DNA of 64,000 nucleotides from Mobula hypostoma (GCF_963921235.1 NC_086109.1:27468001-27532000), one strand, 5' to 3'; positions 38,824 to 52,609 are shown, counted from the first letter of the stretch. Notes: generated by a model not told the origin, from the letters alone. Numbers and translations are program-made.

Positions 38824-40070
38824 CTTTCTTTCTTTCTTTTTAAATCTTTTTATTGAGTAAGTATACAAAAAAGGTAAGCCATATAAACATTAATACAATG
38901 TTAAAGTATAATAAAATTCCAAAAGATAACAATACCAAAAAGAAAATACTACAAACAATGTAATTTAAGCATAAGAAACCAAGATAACATAATAGTATAC
39001 TAGATTTTATATATATCAATGGAAAAAAAGAAAAAAAAAACCCCAAAAAAAACCCACCGTGCAACTAACTAAAAGCAAAGCAAAGCAATGGGCTAACTTG
39101 AAACCAAACAGAGTTAAACTTAAAATCACGTCCTCAATCCCGACCTCCATTAAAACAGTGAAAAAAAACAAGAAGGGTAAATATTACATTAAATGAAAAT
39201 ATCGAATAAAAGGTCCCCAAATCTGTTCAAATTTAAATGAAGAATCATAAAGGTTACTTCTAATTTTCTCCAAATTCAAACATAAAATCGTCTGAGAAAA
39301 CCAAAAAAAGGTAGTTGGAGCATTAAGCTCTTTCCAATGTTGTAAAATACATCTTTTCGCCATCAAAGTAAGAAATGCAATCATTCTACGGGCTGAAGGG
39401 GAAAGATTACTAGAAATTTTAGGTAGTCCAAAGATAGCAGTAATAGGGTGAGGAGAGATATCTATATTTAATACCTTAGAAATAATATTGAAAATATCTC
39501 TCCAAAAAGTTTCCAAAGTAGGGCAAGACCAAAACATATGAGTTAAAGAGGCTATCTGCCCCGAACATCTATCACAGAAAGGATTAATATGCGTGTAAAA
39601 ACGCGCTAACTTATCTTTGGACATATGTGCTCTATGAACCACTTTAAATTGAATTAGGGAATGTTTAGCACAAATAGAGGAAGTATTAACTAATTGTAAA
39701 ATCTGCCCCCAATCATCCACAGAAATGGTAAGCCCCAATTCCTGTTCCCAATCTACCCTAATCTTATCAAATGGAGCTTTCCTAAGTTTCATAATAATAT
39801 TATAAATCATAGCCGATGCACCTTTCTGACATGGATTAAGTTTAATTATCGAATCTAAAATATATATAGGAGGAAGCATTGGAAAGGAAGAAAGTATAGT
39901 ACTTAGGAAATTTCTAACTTGTAAATATCTAAAAAAATGTATTCTTGATAAGTTATATTTATTAGATAATTGTTCAAAAGACATAAGGGAACCATCTAAA
40001 AATAAATCCAAAAACCGTAAAATACCCTTAGTCTTCCAAGTTTGAAAAGCGCGATCCGTAAAAGAGGGAA
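38824..40070 (-). mobile_element. 5'-truncated L1/Tx1-type LINE, 12-bp TSD
   Basis: Uninterrupted ORF2 C-terminus (CDRC..SLTHMFWSC). AATAAA and (AAAG)n tail. TSD GTATTGTTCTTT at 38812-38823 and 40071-40082. Confidence 0.93.
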
Positions 40071-40795
40071 GTATTGTTCTTTGAAATAGATGATGTCTTG
40101 AATTAGAGGCAACTGCAACATAAAACATTTATCCTTTTGGACTCTAAGATGATTTCAATCATGATTAATTTTTGGCTTGTTTTGCATATGCATTTGTTAT
40201 CAGGTCCTCAGCAAAGATTGTTCCAATCAGCAGCTTAATATTCAATTTAATATCAGAGAATTTATACAGTACACAACCTGAAATGCTTTCTCTTTGCAGA
40301 CATCCACGAAACAAAAAATATCCCCAAAGAATAAATAACAGAAACATGATACAACCATAATGTTTGCACATCTTGGAATTAATTTACATCTCTGTTCCAT
40401 TTCCCATGTGACCTGGATATTTTACCCACCAAACCAAAATATACCTACTCCAAATTCGATTGATATTGTTTGAAGTCCCTGCAGCAAGCTAACTTTGCTG
40501 GTATACAGCAAAAGGATAATGATGCCTGGCCTTGAATGATTTTTACACGTCACAGGCAATATTTATTTCCAGTGCCAGAAAGACCACTTTGCTATTATTC
40601 AAAATCTTCAAATGGGTATTAGAACGTGTATCTTTTTAAAATCTGGTGAGGTACATCACACTCGTCTCAAATCCCTTCCCCTCATAATATTTAGAAGTTT
40701 TAATTAATTATCAGAAGCAGGTGCAAAATCATCCAAGATTATTCGCTATTTTTTCCTTTTTTTAAAAAATGCCACAAGCTAAATATTATACTTAC

Positions 40796-40899
40796 GTTCC
40801 ATCTTCATTGCTTCGATAAAAGACCATGAAAGGATCTGACTTTCCAAAAAAATCTTTCTTGTCCAGTTTATTGGCACAGAATTGCATTGTTGTAACATC
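40796..40899 (-). CDS. CPNE5: Copine (CPNE5-like) coding exon, start of C2B domain
   Basis: Minus strand tgcag|GATGTTACA...GATGGAAC|gtaag. 104 nt encoding [34 protein letters not shown] + AC. Copine C2B signature. DVxTMQFC and NEDGT favour CPNE5 over CPNE8/9 (recalled from memory, paralogue not verified). Confidence 0.9.
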
Positions 40900-42354
40900 C
40901 TGCAGTAGAAATAAATGGCATTGGCTATAATAAAGTAAGATATTTTTGGCTGGCACTTCTGAGCATCTTCATTGATTCTAAAGTTAGAAGCAAAATACTG
41001 TACCTCCTGGCTGGCATTTGCCTATCTTTGTGAACTTCTATCATATTACTGTTTTAAGCAGTAATTAACCTTCCACACTGCAGTATGATTCTGTGAGTAA
41101 AGAAAATTGGGAAAAAAGGTCTCAGGGCCAGAATCATGACAAATATTTGGGGAGGATTATCTGGTCCCTACTTGGAAAGTCAGCTCAATATCTGGACATT
41201 TGCCAAAGAGTTTTTTTGCTACTAAAAACAATAGTTGAACACAGAGGCAGCCACATAACTTCAGATTCTAATTCATAATTCCTTAATAACACAAAATTAT
41301 TTGATTCTGAAGGAACAAAGTTCTCTTCCTTATCTTAATCAGATAAAGATTTATTTCCTTAAACACACCATCTAAATTTAGCATTTTCATTTATGTTACA
41401 ATAAATAGACTCGTACGCTCTGGGCTTCATCTGCAATAACTACCCTGCGTCAGAAGCTGGAGGTTCTCAAAGGGAAAATCAAATGATTCAGTATTCAGGA
41501 TGACCCCCCTGAAGTCACATTTATTGAAGTTGTTCAAACAGGTAATTGAAAGTTCCAGAGGTCAACAATTACTCACTTTAAGAAATACTCTGTGCAAGGA
41601 CTTCTGAGAATGGTATATGCTCTCAAAATGAATTTTATAATGAAATAATGTTGCCTCAGGATGGTTCTGTAAACCGTTTATTGATAAGAGAGTGAATTAT
41701 TTAATCAGCAAATAGTGAAACATGGTGTAAAATGAGATTAGCAGGGACTGTGATGGTGATATGTCCTAAAGGAATGATACACACTTAAACCACACCAAGA
41801 TAATGTGACACAGGTATCAAACAAAATTCATGTTCCCAAATCAATGTGTAGATTGTGGCATTATGGAAGCTACATCACACTATTTATCACGTTAGCACTT
41901 AATTATAGAGTGGAATTCAATGGGTTAATGCTGCTGAAAATTGTACTTCCTAAATAGAAGTCATAATAAAAATTAAGAAATTTCCCAGCAGCCAAGGAAA
42001 AGTAAAGAGCAGCCCACTCCTGGATAAGAAAGAGGGAATTTTCTAAGCTTTGGAGTCAAGCAATCTACCCGTCAAGAAACAGTAACATAAGAAGGACACA
42101 CTCAACAGCAATATCACCAAGGTGTCACTCAGGACATCGGTTAAATAGTAAAACATTTTATCAAAGTCAGGAGCGAGCTCAACAACTCCCATCTCCCATT
42201 TGATTACCTCAAAAACATGTGCTTTAGAATTCCTTTGTTCAGTTTCATGATCAGTCCCTCACACACTTAGTACTACTCCAAAGCTCAAACACCCAACTCA
42301 CATCTAACTCACTTCTAGCTTTAAAACTAGAGGAGATGATCTCTATCACATGTG

Positions 42355-42357
<3 letters not shown>

Positions 42358-42388
<31 letters not shown>
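42358..42388. repeat. (CA)n microsatellite
   Basis: Direct reading. Confidence 0.95.
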
Positions 42389-42389
<1 letters not shown>

Positions 42390-43236
42390 GTCTCGATTAC
42401 CACAGCCTGGTATCTCTGGGCACATTCCACTATCCTGTCATTTGCAACATATTATGCTTTTTTTGTCTGTATTAATACCCTCCAACTGTTTCCATTAATC
42501 GATTTCACTGCAGAAATTCCACAACTTATCTCCACGGCAACTACAGCTTCACCCTAACACAGATATTTGCTTTGTCCTATCCACTCACACCCTAACTTAT
42601 TATTCTCTTATTCCTAGTTCCTAGAAGGATCTTCAGCTTAAATGTTAACAATGTTTCTCCTTCCACAGATGCTGGCTGACCAGTTGATCATATTCCCAGC
42701 ATTTTCCTTTTTTTTTTGACCGAAATGCATTGCATCATGCCAAAACACTTCTCTTTCCCTTTCCCCCGCCCCCCCCAGAGAGAATGTCACAGGATTGTGT
42801 CCATTGGTTCAACACTCTGTGAGAATAGCTGCCAATAATTGGTTTTGGTTGCCACAGAGTCCCAGGCCAGCAGAATCATTGAAGATGATGGTGATCCATA
42901 TCCCACTTCTCACAGACCACTTCTCGCAGACCTTTATCCCAATGTAGTTTTGGAAACCATCAGGGTTTTTTGGTATCATGGCAACCCACCAACAGATTTC
43001 TAAGACCGCTGATGAATGCTTTGGGGGAGTTATCAGTGGCTACTTCAGCTTCCCCTCTCAGGAAGGTATTTATGATCCTACCGCTATTCCTCTTGGTGTT
43101 GCCTGCCAGCCAACTAGCAGAAACATCTAGCTGATTGCAGTCACGAGAAAATCTGCAGATACTGGAAATCCAAGCAACATGCACAAAATGCTGGAGGAAC
43201 CTAGCACACCAAGCAGTATCTATGGAAAAGAGCAAA

Positions 43237-43275
43237 CAGAAGATGTGTCGGGCCGAGACCCTTCATCAGAACTGG
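43237..43275 (-). ncRNA. Degenerate hammerhead motif in pLTR
   Basis: CAGTT-CTGATGA-AGGGTCTCGGCCC-GACAC-ATC. GAAA core changed to GACA. Confidence 0.55.
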
Positions 43276-43764
43276 GGAAAAAGGATGAAAGGTCTGAGCA
43301 AGAAGGTGGGAGAGGGGAGAAAGTTGTTCAAGGTGGTGGGTGATACGTGAAACCGGGATAGGGGAGGGGTGAAGTGAAGAACTGGGAAGATGATGGGTCA
43401 AAGAGATAAAGGGCAGGAAAAGGCAGAATCTGATAGGAGAGGACAAAAGCCCATGGAATAAAGGGAAGGGGGAGAAACATCAGAGGGAGGTGATGGGCAG
43501 GTAACGAGATAAGGTGAAGGAGAGGCGGCACAATTACCAGAAGTTTGAGAAATCGATGTTCACACCATCAGGTTGGAAGCTACTTGGATGGAATACAAGG
43601 TGTTGCTCCTCCAACCTGAGTGTGGCCTCATTGTAGCAGTAGAGGAGGCCATGGACTGACATGTCAGAATGGGAATAGGAAGTAGAATTGAAATGGATGG
43701 CCACTGGGAATTCCTGCTTTTTCTGGAAGTCAGAGCATAGGTATTGACAAGGGAGTCGTGTAGG

Positions 43765-45814
43765 AAAGCAGACTGGTTAGTATTCAAGGACTCAGCAGCT
43801 AACCTCGATGAGTATGCCTCAGCTGTCATGGACTTTATTTGGAAATGCACGGAGGACTGCGTGTCTCGCAAGACGATCCAGGTATTCCCTAACCGGAAAT
43901 CTTGGATGAATTATGAGGTCAAGTCCCTTTTAAAGGCTAGAGCTGCGGCTTTTAGGTCCAGGGATACCAGTCGCCACACGGAATCCAGGCGTGAGAGGGA
44001 TACCAGTAGACTATGGCAGGGTCTAAATGAGATCACTGGGCACAAAGAAAAGGCTGGGAATATCAATAACTGTGGCGCTTCTCTTCCTGATGAACTTAAC
44101 GAATTCTACACAAGATTCGAACAGAAGAGGAGCGTTCCGCTCCCTCCGAATGAACCGGACCTGGTGGCATCGAGATTCATCGTCACCGAGGAGGATGTTA
44201 GAAAGGCCTTCCTGAAGATAAATCCAAGGAAGGCGACGGGCCCAGATGCCATCCCAAGACGGGTTCTCCGGGCCTGTGCAAGCGAGCTAGCTGGAGTGTT
44301 TGCTGACATCTTCAACTGCTCCTTGCTTCAGTCTAAGATCCCCTCATGTTTTAAGAAGGCAACGATAATCCCAGGGCCGAAGAAGAGCAAGGTGGCATGC
44401 CTGAATGACTATCGACCTGTGGCTCTGACATCAATTGCTATGAAGTGCTTCGAGAGATTGGTTATGGCACACATCAACCACAGCCTACCGGTCAACCTCG
44501 ACACTTTGCAATTCGCCTACCGGAGCAACAGGTCAACGGCAGATGCCATCTCTCTGGCCCTAAATTCCTCCTTAGAACACCTGGAGAATAAAAATGCATA
44601 CATAAGGCTCCTTTTCATTGACTACAGCTCTGCCTTTAATACCATCATTCCAAATAAACTGATTCCTAAGCTCCGGAACCTGGGCCTTAGCATTCAGATC
44701 TGCAGCTGGATCTTCAACTTCCTCACAGACAGGACCCAGGCTGTAAAAATAGGGGACAAGCTCTCCTCTACAATCACTCTGAGCACCGGTGCCCCACAAG
44801 GCTGTGTACTCAGCCCCCTGCTGTACTCACTGTACATCCATGATTGTGTAGCCAAGTTTCCATCAAACTCAATATATAAGTTTGCTGATGACACAACGAT
44901 TGTAGGCTGTATCTCGGGTAATGATGAGTTTGAGTACAGAGAGGAAATTAAGAACCTGGTGGCATGGTGCGAAGACAATAACCTTTCCCTCAACGTCAAC
45001 AAGACGAAGGAATTGGTTGTTGACTTCAGAAGGAGTAGTGGACCGCACGACCCAATTTACATCGGTGGTGCGCAAGTGGAACAGGTCAAAAGCTTTAAGT
45101 TCTTCGGGGTCAATATCACAAATGACCTGACCTGGTCCGACCAAGCAGAGTCCACTGTCAAGAAGGCCCACCAGCGCCTTTACTTCCTGAGAAAACTAAA
45201 GAAATTTGGCCTGTCCCCTAAAACCCTCACTAATTTTTATAGATGCACCGTAGAAAGCATTCTTCTGGGGTGCATCACAACCTGGTATGGAAGTTGTCCT
45301 GTCCAAGACTGAAAGAAGCTGCAGAAGATCGTGCACACGGCACAGCACATCACACAAACCAATCTTCCATCCTTAGACTCACTTTACACCACGTGCTGTC
45401 GGAGCAGTGCTGCCAGGATAATCAAGGACATGACCCACCCAGCCAACACACTTTTCGTCTCTCTTCCCTCCGAGAGAAGGTTCAGGAGCTTGAAGACTCG
45501 TACGGCCAGATTTGGGAACAGCTTCTTTCCAACTGTAATAAGACTGCTGAACGGATCCTGACCAGGATCTGGGCTGTACCCTCCAAATATCCGGACTTGC
45601 CTCTCGGTTTTTTTGCACTACCTTACGTTCCATTTTTCTATTTTCTATTTATGATTTATAATTAAAATTTTTAATATTTACTAATTTTTACTACTTTTAA
45701 TATTTTTAATATTTAATATTTGTAGTCCAGGGAGCAGGAAGCACAGAATCAAATATTGCTGTGATGATTGTACATTCTAGTATCAATTGTTTGTTAACAA
45801 TAAAGTAAAGTAAA
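43765..45814 (+). mobile_element. Young Rex1/Babar LINE, 5'-truncated, with 522-aa open RT frame
   Basis: DYRPVALTS..CFER, QFAY, DYSSAFNTI, GAPQGCVLSPLLYSLY, KFADD and KKAHQRLYFLRKL. (TAAAG)n tail. Confidence 0.92.
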
Positions 45815-47825
45815 CTAAGAAGGTGGGGATGGGAGAAGATGTGCTTGGTGTTGGGATCTCGATGGAGATGTGCTGGATGTCGAGGCTAGTGGGGTGGTAG
45901 GTGAGGACAAGAGGAACACTATTCCTGGTGGGGTGGCAAGAGGATGGGTTAAGGGCAGCTGTGCAAAATGGAAGAGATGCAGGTGAGGGCAGTGTTGATA
46001 GTGGGGGAAGGAAAGTCCTTTTCTTTGAAGGAGGAGGACATCTCATTAGTGCTGGAATGGAAAGTCTCATTCTGAGAGCAGATGAGGCAGAGACAGAGGA
46101 ACTGAGAGAATGGGATGTCATTTTCACAAGTGACAGGGTGGGAAGAGGTATAGTCCAGGTAGCTCTGGGAATCAGTGGGTTTATAAAAGATATCAGTTGA
46201 TAAACTCTCTCTCTTGCACGCACGCATGCTGTTGGAAATGGACCAGGCAAATTTAAGGGGGTGGTGGAAATTGGAGGGAAAGTTAATGAAGTCAACAAGC
46301 CCAGCATGGATGCAGGAAGCAGCACCAATGCAGTCGCAGTATAGTGTAGGGAAACTTGGGGAGTGATACCAATGTAGGCTTGGAACATAGACTGTTCCAC
46401 TGAGCCAACAAAAAGACAGGCATAGCTGGGACCCATGCGAGTGCCCATGGCTCCACCTTTGGGTTGAAGGAAGTGGGAGGAGCCGAAGGAGAAATTATTG
46501 AGAGCAAGGACCAGTTCTGCCAGACAGAGGAGAGTGGTGGTGGAGGGGATCTGGGTGGGTCTGTTGTCTAGAAAGAAGTGGAGAGATGGAAGATGGAGGT
46601 GTACAGGGACTGAACATCCATGGTGAAAATGAGATGATCGCGGCTAAGAAACTTGACATCATTGAAAAGATCCAGAGACTGTGAAGTAAGAAGGGTCAGG
46701 CAGGTTTGTGGAACTTGGGTAGGAGGTAGAAATGGGAGGTGTGGGATAAGGGAACTATGAGGTTGTTGGCCATGTTGGGAGATCCTCAGAGTTAATAAGG
46801 TCAGTGATGGAGTGATGGTGGCAGTGACAATGGCCTGGTGCTCCTTAGTGGGTTAAGTAAGAGGAGGTGTCTGAGAGTTAGCACCTGTACGTGGAAAGAC
46901 AGTCCGCCAGACTACCACAGCACCCCACTTATTTGTGGGTTTTGATGGTGAGGTTAGGATTAGTGCAGAGAGACTGGAGAGTAATGCATTCAGAAGGAGT
47001 AAGGATAGAATTGGAGAGAGGACTGGTAAAGTGAGACGGTTGATGTTTCATTGGCAGTTGGCAATGAAAAGATCCAGAGCAGGCAGAACACCGGAGCGGG
47101 GTGTCCAGGAAGAGGAGGAGAAGTGGTTATCGGTGCAGGCTGGAGAGTCTTTGCCAAAGAAGTAGGCACAGAGACGGAGGCAACGAAAGAAGAGCTCAGC
47201 ATCATGGCGGGTACGGAATTCACTGTGGTGTGAGTGCAGGGGACAAAGGTGAGGACCTTACTGAGGACCGAACGCTCTCCTTCAGAGAGGGGAAGGCCAG
47301 AGGGAATTGTGAAGACACTGAATTCCTGCAGCGGTTTGTTTGCTTTCAGCAGAGATTTGGCAGTTCACAGTGAATGTGCAGTCCCAAAGGAGGCCAGACT
47401 CTGAAGTCTTTTGCAGTTTCCTCCATTCAAATGAGCAGACTTCCAGCAGCTTGGCTGTTACAATGAAGGAAACACTGACAAAAACATCAGTAGCCTCCAA
47501 CCCCATGGCAGTAGCATTGATTTCTTGAATTTCTGGTAATTGCCCCTTCCCCTTCCCCTTCACCATTCCTGTTTCCCTCTCGCACCGTATCTCCTTACCT
47601 GCCCATCACCTCCCTCTGGTGCTCCTCCCCCTACATTTACTTCTGTGGTCTGCTACCCTTTCCTATTAGATTCCTCCTTCTCCAGCCCTTTATCTCTTTG
47701 ACCAATCAACTTCCCAGCTCTTTACTTTACCTCTCTCCTGTCCCACTTTCACTTACCACCTGCCACCTTGCACTTCTTCCTCCCCTTCCCCCACCTTCTT
47801 GCTCTGGCTTCTTATCTTTTTTCCC

Positions 47826-47863
47826 CAATCTTGATGAAGGGTCTTGGCCTGAAATGTTGACTG
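47826..47863 (+). ncRNA. Degenerate hammerhead motif in the inverted pLTR
   Basis: CAATC-TTGATGA-AGGGTCTTGGCCT-GAAAT-GTT-GACTG. Confidence 0.55.
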
Positions 47864-49994
47864 TTTACTCTTTTCCCTAGATGTCGCCTGGCTTGCTGAG
47901 CTCCTCCAGCATTTTGTGTGTGCAGCTAATTACACTTGCTGCTTGGTCCATTGAATCCCTGCAGGAGGTTGTTTGTTGCCAGCAGATACTCGGTAGTTCA
48001 CAGCAACGATGCAGTCCCAAGGGTGGCCAGATTGTATAGTCTATTGCAGTTCCCTCCATTCTAGTGAGCAGGCTTCTTTCTAGCAGCTTGGCTGCCTCAC
48101 GGAGTGAACACTGACAAAAACGTGCTGAACATCAGTATTAATGCTGTGCCAAGGGTTTGCATGGACTATTCAATTGGAATATTCTGTTTTCAAGCTTGCT
48201 TCATCATTATTAAGATGATGACTGATTGGAGTGCAACCTTCTCTACTGTAAATTCCTGTCTATCCATGATAACCTTGCATCCTTTTGCTTATCAAAAGTT
48301 TATCTATATTTGCCTTAAAAACATATAAAGACAGTCTCTGCCACTCTTTCGGGAAGAGGGGTCACAGCCTCATGACCCTCTTAGAGGAAAACAAAAATCA
48401 CTTTAATTCTATCTCAAATGAGTCACCTTAACTATAGGTTCTTCCACAAGACAAAATGTTACAAATTGCTCCTTGCAAATTGCAATCAAATTAGTCTCCT
48501 CTCATTCTTCTATACTTCAGTAGATAAATGTCGTTGCAGAATGGTGACGCGTTGCACGCTGATCTCTGAAAGTCTACTCATTACGTCTATTAGAATCGTA
48601 CTCTGTCAAATCTGAATTCTACAAGTCTGTGAATCATCTTGTTGTCTGCCTGCCGTGTACTTTCACTCTCACTGTAACACTTTATTCTGCATTGTTATTG
48701 CTTTTCCCTTGCACTACCCTATAGACTATTGCAATGAAATCATCTGTATAGATGGCATGCAAAACAGAGTTGTTCACTATGCCTCAGTACACGTGAAAAC
48801 AAGAAAGCGATTTACCAGTTTTACAAATCTACCTTATATAGCTTTTCTTCATTAGAGATCATTGTTTCATGTTTGTATGATCTTGACTTGAAGAGAAATT
48901 GTCAAGTATTTGCTTTATAGTCATGCCTAAACATTGTTGAGAAAGTGGTAATGGTTTGCTTTCTTGACACAAGTCAGGATCTGTAGTGAACATACCCCTA
49001 AACATCTAAAAGTGTCCCAGAGCAAAGAATGGAAGGCAACAGAGTTCTGAGTGGCCATAGGGAGGATTGCTCAGTCACAGCTCTGCTTTCATCAGTTAGC
49101 AATTCTCAATGATCTTCTCCCTGGAAATTTTGGCCTCCATTCTCACTGCTCATCATCAGACGCAGAAGACATCTGCACTGCCTTAATATTCTGGGGAGAG
49201 GCAAGACCATTCCAACTTTTGTATCTCCCACCTACTTAGCCATCGTGTCCTTATCATCTCCCCATTACCAATTTTTATGGTGTAATTTGAGGGGTGCGTG
49301 GGGGGGTCTTCTTGTTAATGTTTCCCCATATTTTACTCTGCAGCATGTTGTGTATTTTATATTTCAATAATACTTGAGTAATCTTGTATACATATTTGCC
49401 GATTAAGAATTCTTGTTTAATTAATTATGGGTTATATGTAAAACAAAATAACTTCTTTGCAAACATCATCCTGCCACCATGTGATTCGTGTGCACCTCGC
49501 TTGAAGTAAGCTCAAACTTTCATCTGTATTATCAGACTCCCATGAGTTTCTTTGAATAAGCTTAAAGTTTTGAAGTTACAAAACATAACACTGCATTCAC
49601 CACATCAATGTGGCCAGCTACACAAGGCCTTCCATCCCTAATTTCCCATTTTGCAAACAACCAGTTCTCTGTACCTAGTAGTTTAATCTAGTGTGATTTA
49701 CACACAAAATTCCAAGTGGATCAGTAACCCCTGTGTTGCAAAGTCAACAATATGCAATCTAGTGTCAGCAATGGAATCTTCTCTGATGTCACAACAAGAC
49801 AGAGTGAAATGACATTAACAAAGCTTCAAGTAGAAAGAGGTTTTTCCCCACTGATGGTTTTCCTGCACTCATTCTCCTTTGGGTACTTCCTTTCCTATAA
49901 AGAGTTTCCTGCAATTCTTCGCAAGTTGAACACCCTCTGATACTTCAGACAAAATTGTAATTTGGCCCCCTGTGCACCATCACAAGAGACTTCT

Positions 49995-50178
49995 CAGATT
50001 CTGCAAATCCAGAGCAACACACACAAAATGTTGGAGGAACTCAGCAGTTCAGGAAGCATCTACAGAGAGGATTAGCCCAGCCTTGAGGAAGGGTCTTTGC
50101 CTGAAACATCATCCGCTAATTCCATCTATAGATTTTGCCTGAACTGCTGAGTTCCTTCAGTTTCTTGTTTGTGATTCA
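49995..50178. mobile_element. Palindromic Penelope-tail element with a central degenerate hammerhead
   Basis: gaggaactcagcagttcagg..atcta / tagat..cctgaactgctgagttcct flank TTGAGGA-AGGGTCTTTGCCT-GAAACATC. Confidence 0.7.
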
Positions 50179-52517
50179 ACAGACTGAATCAAAATTAAGT
50201 CAAATCTGTCATCAGATGAGACTGAAGCACATCAGCCTTAATTAGTTACCAAACCCCACAATTTTCTTGTTTACAGGGCTAAATCAAACTCTCAAAGACA
50301 AAGGCACATCTATCTGAAATCTGCTAAACATAAGGCCAGCCAGGGTTTATCATCATGGCCTACATCAACTATTACAGCAACAACATATAAAACTCCTACA
50401 ACACTACAAAATGTCTAGCCTCACTTTATCAGATGAAATCAGACATCATAGCACATAGATAGATGATCAAAAGATGGAATCCAGAAATAGGTCTGGGCTT
50501 AGATTTACCTCTATGGGTCATCTAATTGTTAAGTTAAATTCGTAAAGCTATTGGAAGGGATATGATTGATTTTTTTAATAAAGCACAGTTCAACAAGCAC
50601 ATTGCTTTTTTTCATAGTGACTTGCTTCTGCAATTTAATGCAAATTCTGGCAATATTTTCCTTTGGCTGAGAGATGATAAAATTTATATTTGACTAACTT
50701 GACAAGAAAATTATGATAAAGTAGAGGTTCACACAGTAAAATTTATGCAAAAGTCATAATGCACGGAACAGGCAACTAGAGAGAAAAAAAAATGACTTGA
50801 TTCTGTACAAGAAAGGCTACCATGACTTCAAGCTCAGACTCCATACAACAGACTGTTCTGCTGCCAATGCCTGATTTACACAGAAAACAATGCTGTGGAA
50901 TTTAAAATATCATCAGTTCCTACATGGTGAATATTTTTCCAGTATCCGCATAACAGACTACAGAAAAGCTTCATGATTTATTCAGATTGAATCTAGATTT
51001 TAACAATTGGAAGCACTTGATTTATTAAGAATATTTGGGGCCAGGTTAAGCACTAAGTATTTGGTGGCTTCATATCACCAATATAACCTACTTCTAGGCA
51101 GGCACTAACAACTTTACTTGCTGGACATTCATATTTGTTTAATAGATCAGAAGGAAGAATGTTGTATGAGCATACAAATGAAAAGAGTTCAAACGTGCTA
51201 ACCTGACTTCACAAATCAAAAGATAAAATCCTTTAAAATAAACCCTTCCAGCAATCCAGTAAGAGATTTAGGTAACAGCATTTTATTCATTTGTTTTTAA
51301 TTTAATTTTGCAAGTTAAATGATGAGCTAATATCACCAACAAGGAGGTCTTTTGATGTCTTTATGACATTAAAGTCAGTGAGGAAGCTGGAACATGTTGC
51401 GTTGATGTGTAAAATCTACTGCTCAATTTGACTAAATCCACTGATGGCTTCATGAGTTACTGTGCAAAATAGAAGGGAGCAGCCTCTTCAGAACACACAC
51501 TAAACATCTTTTATGACTTTCTTTCTCAGGTAGCATACAAATACACACACCTGTTCACATCAGGAAAATAAAGAATCATATGAGCCGAATACGACCAGGT
51601 CTGATAATAAGATGCACATTGAAGTCTCTTAAAATGCAAGGATGTTGGAGGCATTGACACAGGAATTCGATTGCAAAAATTGATAACGCAAAATTGATCA
51701 ACATTTCAGTACATACCCGCCACTCAATAGGGAATTGACTTGAATCTGCTGTCATGTTGATGCCTCTATACATGGCTGTCACTATATGCAGAACGGTGAC
51801 ATCAATTACCATGTTTTGAGGCTCAGTTGTCATTAAGAACATGGGTGGAGGTGAGCCACATATTTCCGTGCTACTTGTACCTTTCAAGATTGCGTACAGT
51901 TACTATGGAAAAACACACATGATCCAGGTTTCATGACTAATGTGCACATTTTTCAATCATTAAAAATTTGTTCCACTTGCAAGGAATTATTACAGATCGA
52001 TATTATTACTGAATTGCTTCACCTGACAAAATTGATTTATATAAATATGTATAGTTGTGAACATAGAGTATCACTACACACAGAAAGGTCCTACAGCCTA
52101 CCATCTGTATGCTGACCAAATGCCAATATGAACTAATTGAATCTGCTTGCATTTGATCCCGTTCAGAATCAGATTTCACTGAATTAAATGATGTGAACTG
52201 TGTTGTTTTGTAACAGCAGAAAAGTGCAAAGGCGCAAATTACAAAACTAAACAGTGCAAAAGTAAAGGAATAATGAGGGTGTGTTCATGGGTGGCAGGGT
52301 GGAGATGGGTCTCTACCAAAGGAGGTGTAAGGTCTCCTTCCCTCTGCTAGCCTACAGGTCACCCCTGGGCCAGGTGGTGTAATGATGATGATGATGTTCA
52401 TGAATTCATGAACTGTTCAGAAATCCGATGGCTGAGGATAAGAAGCTGTTTCTGAACCACTGACTGTGGAGTTTCAGGCTCCTGTACCTTGTGTCTAGGT
52501 CGTGTGTCTGCCTAGAT

Positions 52518-52585
52518 CTGGGGTTGCCCACCCGGGATCCGCGGATCCATCTGGTCCATGGCTTAAACAAGTTTGGGAATCCCTG
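52518..52585. mobile_element. hAT-type mini-MITE
   Basis: CTGGGGTTGCCCACC...GTTTGGGAATCCCTG. Near-identical 8-bp TSD GCCTAGAT/GCCTAAAT. Confidence 0.65.
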
Positions 52586-52609
52586 GCCTAAATGAATGTA
52601 TTTATTGAG

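Larger units (their letters stand above)
43140..47925 (-). mobile_element. Near-full-length degenerate Penelope-like element with an inverted pLTR, interrupted by a Rex/Babar LINE
   Basis: N-terminus VFTIP..LS..ERSVLSK (about 47230-47320), RT AMGTRMGPSYACLF, thumb DIFYKPTDSQSYLDY..IPFSQF and GIY-YIG tail at 43560-43750. Tail copies in opposite orientations at 43140-43560 (-) and 47490-47925 (+). Confidence 0.85.

Noticed and set aside
43744..45312. 522-aa ORF as a host gene or novel RT system
   Set aside because: Ordinary 5'-truncated Rex1/Babar reverse transcriptase lacking the endonuclease and a true start.
49281..49590. Possible short LTR ending ATAACA
   Set aside because: Start is ambiguous and there is no TSD.
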